A stretch of 64,000 nucleotides of DNA from Rebecca billardiae RCC1528. Lineage: Eukaryota > Protista > Haptophyta. Positions 47,852-58,783 of this stretch are shown here, in pieces (within the stretch, counting starts at the first letter, position 1; the number at the start of each line of letters is the position of its first letter). A program made the translations under genes and the position numbers. Below the pieces are notes generated by a model. It worked only from the letters and a program-made list of their open reading frames with translations. It searched no databases and was not told the DNA's origin. The stretch spans positions 496,001 through 560,000 of the forward strand of contig OZ251223.1 in NCBI GenBank assembly GCA_965240325.2, in the 5' to 3' direction.

Positions 47852-48333
47852 GTGCGCGGCGTATGGCGGGGAAGTCGCCGCCAGTGGGGCTGCTGCGGAC
47901 GGCTCGGCCGACTGGGCGCACGCCCGCGTCACGCCGGGCGCGGGCTGGTCGCCGAAAGTGTGCGGCTGCTCCGCACTCACTCGTCTTAGCCTTACTGGCT
48001 GAGAGTGCCTTGTGGCTTGTTGCGCTCGGCATGCGGTCGCGTACACGTCCGACGGCGACGTCCGTGACCGTCGTTTCCGTCATCCGGCCGGCTGCGCGCT
48101 TGCCATCCGCGCTGAGCCTGGCAACTACAGCACTCATGACTCAATGTGGCCCGGGCCGACTACGCCGACAACGTCTGAGTCCGACTGGGTGAGTGGGTCC
48201 GGGGACAACCGAGGGCGCCGCTGACTCGCTGAGCCTGAGGTCGCCAGATATTCACCGGCCTGGGCGCCTGGTGGCGCCCTGGTGGCGAGCGCCGGCCACG
48301 TGTTTGCGTGCGCCCTGTGCGTTCATCAGGGCA

Positions 48334-49173
48334 ATGGCGCCGCGCAGGCATCGACGTGCCGAGCTGGTGTTCCTCGTGTGCACCTCGCTGGCGGCCGGGA
48401 GCGCCATCAAAGTCAACTGGACTCCAAGTGCGCCGCTATGCCGTGGCGCCGCTACGGCGCCCCCACGCCCGCGCATCCCGCGCATCCCGCGCCTCGCGCA
48501 CCCGTGCGCGCGCTGACGTGCTGTCGCGCTGCTTGCGCGGCGCGGTGTTGCGTGACGGCCAGATGGCGAGGCTCCGGCCCCTTTCTCGCAGAAAGCTCGG
48601 GAAGCGATGGGCGCAGCGGGCCAGCCCGCTGCCGCGCCGAAGCCCGTCTCGCCAGTGCAGCTTGCCCTGGGCGAGGTGGCCTCATTCGGCGGCCTGCTGC
48701 TCGCACTCGTTGCGATCAACTTTGGCCGGCCATTCGTGCTGAACGACCTTCTTGACCTGAGCGTGCTGAACAAGATCGGCAACCGCGTGCGCGAGATCGC
48801 AGGCTCGGTGGTTGCGTCGTCTACGTCCGCCGCCGCGGCGGCTCGCGCAGCGGCAGCGCCGAAAGTGGCCAAGAGCAAAGTCGAGCAGAGCCGGGTCACT
48901 GCGAGCGGCAAGCGCGCAGCGTCTTCAGCGGACGCGGTGCGCCGTGCGCGGATGAGCAAGCTCGTCGCCAAGGCCGAGGACGACGACGACGAGGAGGAGG
49001 ATGACGAGGAGGTGGCGGCTGCGAGTTCGGAGGAGGATGCGGAGGACGAGGAGGACGAGTCCGCCTCAGATGAGGACGAGGAGGACGATGGCGATGTGGA
49101 GGAAGAGGAGGAGGAGGAGGAGGAGGAGGAGGGTGGCGAGGACGAGGGCGAGGATGATGATGAAGAAGAGTAA
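48334..49173 (+). CDS. Small single-pass membrane protein with acidic C-terminal tail, function unknown
   Basis: Signal-like N-terminus; predicted intron 48428-48562 restores the frame (KVNWTPNGEAPAPFSQKARE); TM FGGLLLALVAINF; Asp/Glu tail of about 65 aa. Confidence 0.7.
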
Positions 49174-49952
49174 CTACTATACGAACACCTACCATCACGC
49201 ATGGCCTCGCCTCGCTCGACACCCTGGGTGGAGTGCTTGGGGCTCATGACGCAGGCGGGTCGGGAGTGCTGCTCACCTACAGTGAATGGCTGCCATGCAA
49301 CCGGACCACTCGCGCCACCGCAGGCCACATCACAATCATCATCTATCACATCGCGGCTCACCCCGATCATCAACGGCTCAACGCGACGATCCTCCGCATC
49401 CGGGCCGTCACTTCGTCAGACATCAGTCGGCACTCTTCCGGGTTCTGACTCTGAGCTGAGAATGTCCGACGACCGGACCGGCGCCGACCGCCGCGGCGCC
49501 GCAGGGCCTACTCAGTGACTCAGTGGCTACTCACCGGCTGCGCGACTCAGGCACGCCAGGGGCGGCCAGGCACGGACTCCGAGTTCGCGCATGTCGGTGG
49601 ACGTGGACGCCGTGGACGGTGTCAGAGTCGGCATGAACTGAGAGCGCGTCACGGACGCTCACTACTCGGACGTCGTCACGGCCACGTGTGCGGCGCGGTG
49701 CGAGCCCGCCAGCCCGCCTCGAGTTGTTTCGGGGCTTCGTCGGTCCAGCGGGAGAAAGCGCAGCTTTTCCACTTTCCGGACGGCTGGGACGGTAAAGATT
49801 CCGCACGATGCCTGCGCGCCAGCCGCCAAGCGACACCGGTAGCGCTCCGGCTTCCGGCCGAACGGGAAGAGGTACTGCGCCGCCGCTGGGCGGGCCCCAG
49901 CTGCGGGCACAGTGCTGTTTGGCGCGCGTCGGTGCCGCTCGTGGCCGGGGCC

Positions 49953-51103
49953 ATGGAGCCAAACTTCCGCAGCCGCTACCTGATGAAGGTGGGCATCACG
50001 CAGCGCACAGGCACGCTTGGCGGTCGCACGCCGACCGAGGGCTCTCAGACAGACGCGGACACCGGCGCTATCGACATGGACGGCGAAGAGGACACCGAGG
50101 TGACCGTGAGCGTGAACATGCACCAGCAGCCGCGGCAACGCGCGACGGACGACTTTCGTCTCGCGTACATTCAGAAGCTGTCAGCCTCCCGCGCCACCAT
50201 ACCGCACCTCAGCCGCCCGAAGGCGGCGCAGACGGTGACGATCTTCGACTGGGATGACACGCTGATGGCGACGACGCACATCGAGCTGGTGATGCAGCAC
50301 TTTGGCGGCATACCCGCGTCGACGAAGGAGCAGCTGAAGGCGCTGGAGAAGGTCTCCTGCGCGCTGCTCGAGCTCGCGTGCAAGAACGGCAAGGTCGTCA
50401 TCATCACGAACGCGACAGAAGGGTGGGTGCAGCACTCGTCGTCGCTCTGCATGCCCGCTGTGCGCGAGCTCCTCAACACGCACCCCATCGAGGTGATCAG
50501 CGCGAGGGGCACGTACGAGCAGGCGTTTCCGGGGGACTGCCACGCGTGGAAGGTGCACGCCTTCCTCCAGGTGCAGCGCACGCTCAACTTCGAGGCGGTC
50601 ACCAACCTGATCTCGATCGGTGACTCTGTGATCGAGATGGACGCCGTGCACGTGATTGGCAGGTGCGTGCCCGGCGCAGCTGCGGCGGCGGCGGCGCGCG
50701 CACGGCGCGGCGGGGCGTGTGGGCGCACCGGCCATGCGCCCTTGCTTCGCACCTCTCACGTGCCCGTCATCCCCCGCGTGCTCGCGCGCGCGCGCGCACG
50801 CGCACGTGTACGCGCGTGCACCCCGCCTGCGCGGACGCGGTGCGCAGTTGTTTTGCTCACGCACTCGTCAAGACAGTGAAGCTGTGGGAGCGGCCGACTC
50901 CGCACGAGCTCGTGAAGCAGCTGGAGGTTGTACTATCCAAGCTGCCCGAGATCTTCTCTTCTGGCACGGCTCTCAACATCTGGATGGAACGTGACCAGAA
51001 AGCTTCGCCAGCGAACGCCGAGCAGGGCGTCCCGCAGCCACCGTCCGGCACGCAGTCCGCGCCGCCGCCCACGGGCGCAGGGACTGTTGTGGCGCAGGGC
51101 TGA
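49953..51103 (+). CDS. HAD-superfamily phosphatase-like protein
   Basis: Motif I IFDWDDTL, motif II IITNA, motif III WK, motif IV ISIGDS; intron 50663-50847. Confidence 0.85.
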
Positions 51104-53240
51104 CATGTATACACATATTATCGCTGAGCACGCGTGTACATCCTCGGCGAGCTCGCTTGGCCAGGTCCTCGAGCGGCTCGCCTTCGCGGCGTCACCCAAT
51201 TCCGTGTGGCTGCCGAATTCGGTCCGCGCCGGCGGCGGCCAGGCCCGGCGGCCAGCGCCGCTCCGTAGTCTCGGTAGTCCGTCCGACTGACCGAGGCTGC
51301 GCGGTCCAGCGCCTGTCCAGCGGCGGTGACCCACGGTGGCTGCGCGAGTCAGCGACTGAGCGAGACCTGCGAGACTGCGAGTGACGCCGGCCGAGGTCAC
51401 CGTCGTCACTGCCCGTTGCTAGTTGCTGGGGCTCATTCTCGGTCAGTGTGACGGTCGGATAAGACTCAGATGACTATCACTATTGACTGCCGAGAGCCCG
51501 GGTCCGCAGGACTCATTCTATGATTTAACGACACAGGGGACTTCAGATTCAACATTTAATAAGTTTTTTTTAAAAAAGACTACGACTAGTTTAGTAGTTA
51601 CCGCCGCCCGGGCCGCCGGGCGCGGGTACACGGATAACTCACAGCAGTCATCACAGTGACGATTCACTGAGTGCTGATTATATGGGTTGGCGCTACGCGT
51701 CAACTTGGGCTGGAAACCTGTTTCTGAAACGCATGATGGTACGCCGGGCCGGTAGCCCGAGCTCGGAATTCCGACGCTGCCAACGGCGCCACAGGGGCGC
51801 AGCGGCGGGGCTGACGACGCGCGCGCGTGTGCACGTCTGACCACGGAGTGCGCGCTGCAATGACTGGCCCGTCCGCAGCACCACGCCCCGCGCTGTGAGT
51901 GAGAGTGTGGCCCGCGCCCAAGCCGGAGAACGCGGGCCGGGCGGCACTCCGCCGACCTCGCCGGCCGCCGACCAGCCCGCGGCCGCCTGCTGCAGCTCGT
52001 GGAACACGCAGTCGCGCGCTCGCGCGTGGAGGGCGGACCTGCGCGTATGCGCCCGCCGGGCTTGCCGCTTCATCCGCTGGCACCGCAGTGCAGGTCGAGC
52101 CGTCCGCCGCCCACCGAGCCGGCGCCACGCCTCGCGCTCGTGCTCGAGCTGAGGCGGCGGCGTGTCGCCCGAGCCGGCGGGGTCGCGCGCGTGCGCGTGG
52201 TGGGCAGCCTCGCGCGTGCGCCCGCCGCGCGCCCCGCGTCGCTCGCTTGGCGCCGCACGCGAGCCGCTTGTCGCGCGACCGAACGAGACGTCAATCAAGG
52301 GCGACCCTTGGAATGGCGTGGGCTCTCCGCCTGTGTCCTGCACGGGACGTCGTCGACGCGAGGCCGCGCGAGGTTGCTCCGATGCTCATAGTCCAATGCA
52401 AGATGATACCCGCGTGCCAATATCAGCGCGCCCGTTCGCTCGTGAATTGTCTAGCGAGAAAGTGACGGTTCGTGTGAATGTGAAGTGTGAACTCGCGACG
52501 ACGAACGGGCCGATGCGATTCGCGCGAATGTGAGTACGCAAAGCGCCGAACGACGAGCGGTTTTTGACCGAACGACGAGCGGCTTCTGTCCTATCGAGCG
52601 CGTAAGTGGGTACGCGAATTCCGCTTATGTGACCCGGTGGGTGGTCAGCCGGGCGTCAAAAAAAGGCCTGCGACGGGCTGGTCCCCAGCGTGAAGTCGTG
52701 CCTTTGTTCTCGTGGGTTTCCAGAATCACAGATCGATATACATTTATATCAGAATGCTGTGCGGACAGTGCATGACAGTGCAAGACTGGGGGAGGTGCGC
52801 GCCGAGTAGGCTTGATGACCGAAATCGTCTGTCGACGAGACGGCGGAGGGCCGCAGGGCGGCGTCACGCCCGTCACTCGTAATAAGGGCCGTGCCGCGCC
52901 GCCGGGACCGCGTCGCAACGCGGGTGGCATTGTCGTCAGGCCATCGTGATCCCGAGGGCGAGGTCGAAGAAGTCGGAGGTCCAAGGCCGAAGGGGCCCGC
53001 CGAGGGTCCAAGGCATTGACCAATGGGCAAGAGTCACGAGTTCACACACAGTGCAGATGGAGACATGGACTTGGGCAGCTTGGTCCGGGCCGATGTCCGG
53101 TCAGGATGCCGATGGACTGCGCGGCGCTGAGCCAGACAAAGTGCATCGGCGGCCATTGCCAGGATCTGGGAAGTTCGAGGCTGCGGTCAGTGGACACCAC
53201 GACCTTCCACATGCCTACCATGCTTGCGCTGACCAGGTGA

Positions 53241-53840
53241 TCAAGCCAAGCCGGCGGATGTGCGCGACTCGCCCGCGGCCAACTGCCGCTCAGAGGCCGA
53301 GGCCGTGCAGGCGGCCCCAGCGTGCATCTCCCAGTTGCACTGCTCGAGGTGTGCCTGCGCAGACTTGGCGATTGGGGCCATCGCCTCACCAAGCTCGCGC
53401 ATCATGGATGCAGATGGTTCTGCGGGCGCTCGCGAGATGAAGACGACCACAAAGGCAGCTGCTTGCATGTTTCCAGGGACCAGAATGGGGATGCCGAGTG
53501 CTGATTGGAAGCCGAGCTCCTCCGCGATTTGCCCGCGAAGGAACCACGAGGTGGGCGCGATGTTGGTGATATCAGAGAGGAATTCGGGCTGCCCGAGCTC
53601 CCACACCCTCCCCGGTAGACCGTACCCGGAGGCGAACTGGATCTGCATGCTCATCTCGGCAAACTTTCGCTCTGAGGCCGATTCGTCCGTGAGGACCTTT
53701 GTGGAGGTCTCGAGCAGCTCGAGCACCGCAGTGCCGTTGGGGGTCAGTCTGGGAGCCCACAGCTCGGCCAGCGCGAAGCCGTGCACGTCACACGTGCGCT
53801 GCAGCACCTGGGCGAGCGTCTCGGCGGAAGGCTGGACCAT
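53241..53840 (-). CDS. Stand-alone GAF-domain protein
   Basis: AELW, FASGYGLPGRVWELGQPEF, FLRGQIAEELGFQSALGIPI; start may be further upstream. Confidence 0.8.
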   Translation of the reverse strand: MVQPSAETLAQVLQRTCDVHGFALAELWAPRLTPNGTAVLELLETSTKVLTDESASERKFAEMSMQIQFASGYGLPGRVWELGQPEFLSDITNIAPTSWFLRGQIAEELGFQSALGIPILVPGNMQAAAFVVVFISRAPAEPSASMMRELGEAMAPIAKSAQAHLEQCNWEMHAGAACTASASERQLAAGESRTSAGLA

Positions 53841-54489
53841 CTTCGTCAGCAACCAAGAGGCGGTGGGGTTGATGCACAAGGCGCCGTTTGGTTAGCCTGA
53901 TTCCACTTAGGTCGTTAGCAAGGTTTATCTAGGAGTCGTCTTATCACTGTATTCGACGAAACGGAGGTGTATCTTTGGAGATGGGTATCTCGAGATCTTG
54001 TTGATCTTGATATGATGTAAGGTGGTGGTTTCGTAGAAAAAGGCGGCGGAAATGTGTTTGGCGTTGTCCGCGGTGTGGCGGTGTCTGACTATGATACCGT
54101 ACTGAATCGAAGTTATTGTCATAACGACACTAGTCGTAACGGCCGAAGCAATCTGCACGAAAATAAATAATGTCGAAATCCGCCAAGAACGACGCAACGG
54201 CCCCCTGTCATTCCTTTGGCATCACCACTTCTGTACCCACGTCAATCAACCATGGCTGATGTCTGGGACCGTGCTCGCCGGCTGCTGTCAGGCCGGAGGC
54301 CCGCCAGCGGGGCGGTAGCGGCCCGCGACCGCCGACCTGTGATGTGACACGGTCACGGGGGCCCCGGCGGGGCCGGGCATCACGCCTAACGCGGTCCTAA
54401 CGCCCACGGCGGCGGCGCCGGCGCGGTCTGCCAAGCAGTCGGTCTGAATCACCTCGGCTCCGTCCGGATTGGCCGGAATGAGCCGAGGC

Positions 54490-55575
54490 TCAGGGCCGCA
54501 TGGCGCCGACGCAGTTCAGGTCGCATGCGAGTGGCGAGGTCAGCAGCACCGAGTACCGCAGGGGCGAGGTCTCGTCGACACGTAGCAGCGAGTGCTCGTT
54601 CTTGCCGCGCGAGCAGGCGACGTGCACGACGGCCTCGCGTCCGTTCGACCCGTTTCGGTACACGTGGCTGAAAGCGACGCGGGCGAGCTGCCCGGGGTAC
54701 ACGGGCGTGGAGCTGAGCTGCGACGCGTCGTCGTCCGCCGAGTACCGGCCGAGCAGGAAGGACGTGCTGATCCGGTGCGCCTCCTGCCTGAACTGGCGGA
54801 CGTGCTTGAGCGGGCACACCTCGTACGTCCAAAAGTCCTGCAGCCGCGTGAAGCAGCGCCCCTTGAGGGGGAGGAGGAGGCGCGCGCGCGGGATGGGCGC
54901 GCCCGGCCCGACGAGCGAGCGCGGCTCTCGCTGCTCGCTCGTGTCGCTCTCGCCGCCGCCGCCGCCGCGCTCGCCTTCGGGCGTGGGCGCGCCCCCAGGC
55001 CGCAGCCACAAATGGCAGATGGCCCACGAGTGGAAGGCGACGGCGTACGACTTGGGCGAAGGCTCGGAGACGGCGACGAGCGCCTCGGCGTGGTCGCGCG
55101 CCTCGGTGGCCGTGTCGAGAGTCTGCGCCGTGCGCTCGTTCGGGCACGTCACGCGCACGACCACCGAGCGGCCGTCGTCTCCATCCGTGTACCGCTGAAC
55201 GAGCGCCGGCTCGGCGCCCTCCTCGCCTGCGTGCTCACCCACGCCCGTGGTCTCGTCGAGGTGTGGCGCGTGCCGGCCGAGGACATGGATGACCGCGCCG
55301 CGCTTCCTGTCACTCGTGTGGTACTGCCGCACCACCCTCCACGGGCAGAGCTCGTACGTCCAGAAGCCGTCGCGCAGCTGGAAGCATCGGCGCTTCAGCT
55401 CGTCGAGCGGGTCCTCCTCGGACAGTGGCCGCTGCGAGCTGGGGTCAAGGGCGGCGACGCCGGGAGGCATCGATGCGCAATGATACATGCTGCCCGTGTA
55501 ATCGGACTCCAGCGAGGTCGCGACGCCCGCGATGAGCATCACCACGCGCAGCCGGCGAGCGCAGGCGGCCACCAT
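54490..55575 (-). CDS. ER lectin, OS-9/XTP3-B (ERLEC1)-like, with two MRH domains
   Basis: Two copies of C-F-x4-5-FWTYE(L/V)CP-x2-VRQ(Y/F); signal-like N-terminus. Confidence 0.85.
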   Translation of the reverse strand: MVAACARRLRVVMLIAGVATSLESDYTGSMYHCASMPPGVAALDPSSQRPLSEEDPLDELKRRCFQLRDGFWTYELCPWRVVRQYHTSDRKRGAVIHVLGRHAPHLDETTGVGEHAGEEGAEPALVQRYTDGDDGRSVVVRVTCPNERTAQTLDTATEARDHAEALVAVSEPSPKSYAVAFHSWAICHLWLRPGGAPTPEGERGGGGGESDTSEQREPRSLVGPGAPIPRARLLLPLKGRCFTRLQDFWTYEVCPLKHVRQFRQEAHRISTSFLLGRYSADDDASQLSSTPVYPGQLARVAFSHVYRNGSNGREAVVHVACSRGKNEHSLLRVDETSPLRYSVLLTSPLACDLNCVGAMRP

Positions 55576-55779
55576 GCTGCCCAGGCCGGCGCCCCGGACT
55601 ACTGCACCCGCCGCGGCGCGGGCCCGGACTTACTACTCACTTACTGGTACGATTGGCAGCTCTGAGCTCGGCACGGTCGGAGGGCGCTCAAACGCCTCGC
55701 CCGGCGCCGGCATTCCCCGCGCGCGTCGTCGTCACCACGGCGATCGCCGGCCTGCGGCGCGGGGACGGCAGGCAGACGC

Positions 55780-57208
55780 ATGGCCCGCTCGTGGCGCCCG
55801 CGCTCTGCGCTGGCGCTCGTATTCGGCGTGGCGTCCGCAGCGAAACACTTCGAATACACGGAGGACCGTATCGGGCCGTTCCCGGCCGACATCTTTGACA
55901 CGTCGTATCACAACTACGTCTTCCGCGACGGCTGCTTCCCCACGGTGCGAGCGGGCGAATTCTGCGCGCCTGATGCGTGGGTGGCGATGAGCTTGCGCGG
56001 GCGAGTCTGCGCGCGCCACCCCGCGCCCGCTTGACGCCAGCGTGGCGGCTGCGCCCCGCACCGCTCGGCAGGGTTCCATCATCTGGCAGGGCAACACGCA
56101 GGTGGCCGACTTCCCGAGGGATAACATGAAGTTCTGCAGCGCGCGCTCGGACTGCGCCGGCTTCCAGGTGTACATCAAGCCGTCGTCGACGGCGAAGGAG
56201 GTGTACATCGAGTACAAGCGCAACTGCGCCGTGATGCCGCAGATGGCGTGTGACAGCCCGTTCGGACAGCGCGGCGGTGGCGTGTGGTACACGATGCTCT
56301 CCAGCACGCGGTGCCACGACGTGCAGCCTGACCGCCGTCGTCGGGGAGGCTCGTCCGTCGTCACGCTCGACTGGGACACGCACAGCGGCCGGCACCACGA
56401 CGACGACGACGACGACCATCGTCACACGCGCGAGCCCAGGCAGCGGCGCGAGCGCACGCCGCGCGAGCCGCGCACGCCGCGCGAGCACGTCCCACGCGAG
56501 CGGCCCGAGCGCGAGCACCCGCACCGTGTGCACGTCGAGCACGTGCACGCACGCCCTGCTCGTGAGCACCACGAGCGCACACCCCGCGTCCGTCGCAACC
56601 ACACGCACCATCCGATGGAGCATCATGAGCGAATCCGTCGCAACCACACGCACCACGCTCGCGTGCATCACGAGCACCACCGGCGCAACCACACGCACCA
56701 CGCTCGCGTGCACCACGAGCACCACCGGCGCAACCACACGCACGTGCACAGGTCCCGAGCCCACCGCAACCGCACGCATCACCACCGCGTACGCGCGTCT
56801 CGCGACGAGATCGACCCAGCCGAGGTGTGTGCCTCGGAGGACAGGCGCATCTGCGGCCGCCTGGCCGACAGCGACCCATCGGAGATCGAGGAGGCGTGCA
56901 CGACTCACGCGCGCACACCGCGAGTCTGCCCGCACGTGTGCGGTCTGTGCTCTGCGTTCGACGCGCACGGGAGCTTCGCAGGCGATGTTCCGACAGCGAT
57001 GCACGCGCAGTGGCGTACGGCCCTCGACCACCTGGCAGGCTCGCCGACGGCGAGGCGTGCGGTGGCCGCCTGCGCCGGAGCGCTCGTTGGGCTCAATGCC
57101 CTCGTGCTCGGCTGGCGTGCTGCATCCCGTGCGCCCTCGCGCTACTTCGGTTGCGGTGACTACCGTCGCAAGCGGGTGCCGGGTGCTGCCGTGCCGATGG
57201 TTGGCTGA
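55780..57208 (+). CDS. Type I membrane protein: signal peptide, 6-Cys ectodomain, His-rich repeat stalk, ShKT-like domain, TM helix
   Basis: Paralog of 16158-17309; intron 55945-56071; ShKT-like CPHVCGLC; TM AVAACAGALVGLNALVLGW. Confidence 0.85.
56560..56790 (+). repeat. 45-bp coding tandem repeat (RRNHTHHARVHHEHH)
   Basis: Four to five units visible in both DNA and protein. Confidence 0.9.
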
Positions 57209-57840
57209 CGGCCGCTGACGCGTCGCTCGCGGATTCTGACTCTGAGAGTGACAGACAGATGACTATGTAGACCTATGCGGCTATGGCACCTCACTCATGC
57301 CACGCCGCCATGGCGCACTAGGCCTAGCTGCTCGCGATTCCGTGGCTGACCGCTTCCGAATCCGAGTTCCGTCATCCGTGCCGCGCGGAGCCGCGGACTC
57401 GGTCCTAACGAGTAACGGTACCGAGTCACCGTGCGCGCATACTGTATTACTGTAGTACACACGACTACGCCGGGGCACCACCACGCCCACCCTGGCCGGA
57501 CCGGCCTGACGACCCGCCTGGCACTGTCTGCACTGACGGCAGACGCCAGACGGCTGACCCGGCACTGCGGCGGGCACCGGCCCATGCCGCGTACAATCGC
57601 ACCCGCCGTCCCGCGCCAGCCTCAGCCGAGACGGCGCCAGTTCTGAGCAGCAGCTGCCGGAGCTCAACCACGGCCTGGCAGCGCTGCGCGGCCGCGAGGC
57701 AGCGTACGATCACGGCCAACGCCGTCGGAGCGCGCGGTCGATCGGCATCATGCCTTCTACTTGCCTGATTTGAGTGCTTGCCCGCGCGCCGGGCGCGGGC
57801 AAGATAGGCGCGCGCGCCGACCGCGGCTGATCATCACGGC

Positions 57841-58578
57841 TCATTGGCTCTGATGAATGTCACCATCAGCGTTGATCGCTCCACTTCTTCCCCGCAACCA
57901 TTGCCGAGGAGCCCCACCAGATTCGTCCGTACTGCTGCCTTCCGGCTGCTCGCCGAGGCCTTGCGCCGTGGGCGCGTCTCGAAGCAGGAGAACGACGCGC
58001 CTGCCCTTGTGCACGCGCACATCTCCAAAGGATGGCTCCGCTGGCACGGCGTGCGTCCATTCGTAGCGAGCCTCGCCGCTGAGGACGTAGACAGAACGGG
58101 CTGGGACGAGTATGTCCACGCCGTCCGATGCCCGCGTGACGTGGCGAAGGTGCACCACGCAGTCGGAGAGGAGATTGAGTGCGGCGATGGTCGAGCCGCT
58201 GTGGTCCACATGATCAACGTGCGCGTTGATGAAGCCGCGTGGATCCGAGTCAAGGTCGAGGATGTGGGGCGACAGCAGCTCTACGGGCGTGTCACCGAAG
58301 ACGGCCGTCGTCATCCGCGCAAGCACTCGCCGATTCCCGTCGTCAAACCAATCTCGCGCGCGTTCGAGCTCCCTGTAGCCCCCGATCACGCCATCAAAGT
58401 GCCGTTGCTGGTAGCGGCGACGGCGAAGCAGGGGATCGAGCTGGGCCACAAGGGCTGATTCTTCCTCGGGTGTGATAAAGTCGCATTCGAGGCGCAGCGG
58501 CGGTGGTGCGCATCCTGTCGAGGCCCGAACGAGGTGCCGTGGCGCGCTGCCAACGAGCCGCGCCGCGGCGGCGCGCAT
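57841..58578 (-). CDS. ALKBH7: AlkB homolog 7-like Fe(II)/2OG dioxygenase, probably mitochondrial
   Basis: RRRRYQQRHFDGVIGGYRE, HILDL, HVD (HxD), SVYVLSGEARYEWTHAV, GRRVVLLLRD; Arg-rich presequence. Confidence 0.85.
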   Translation of the reverse strand: MRAAAARLVGSAPRHLVRASTGCAPPPLRLECDFITPEEESALVAQLDPLLRRRRYQQRHFDGVIGGYRELERARDWFDDGNRRVLARMTTAVFGDTPVELLSPHILDLDSDPRGFINAHVDHVDHSGSTIAALNLLSDCVVHLRHVTRASDGVDILVPARSVYVLSGEARYEWTHAVPAEPSFGDVRVHKGRRVVLLLRDAPTAQGLGEQPEGSSTDESGGAPRQWLRGRSGAINADGDIHQSQ

Positions 58579-58783
58579 TGCTCGACGCTGCGGCACGCCC
58601 CGCCCCGTGACGCCCGCCCGACGAGTGGCCGAGTGGCCGTTAGATGGTTTGGTCGGCGCATTTCGGCGTGATTTGATTCATTTGAGGCGTCGTCTGAATA
58701 TAATAATGCATCTGCTGCCGAATTTGGCATCAAGAATGGTGCCCATCGGCATCGTCACGGGCCCAGTGACAATCATGTCGTCA

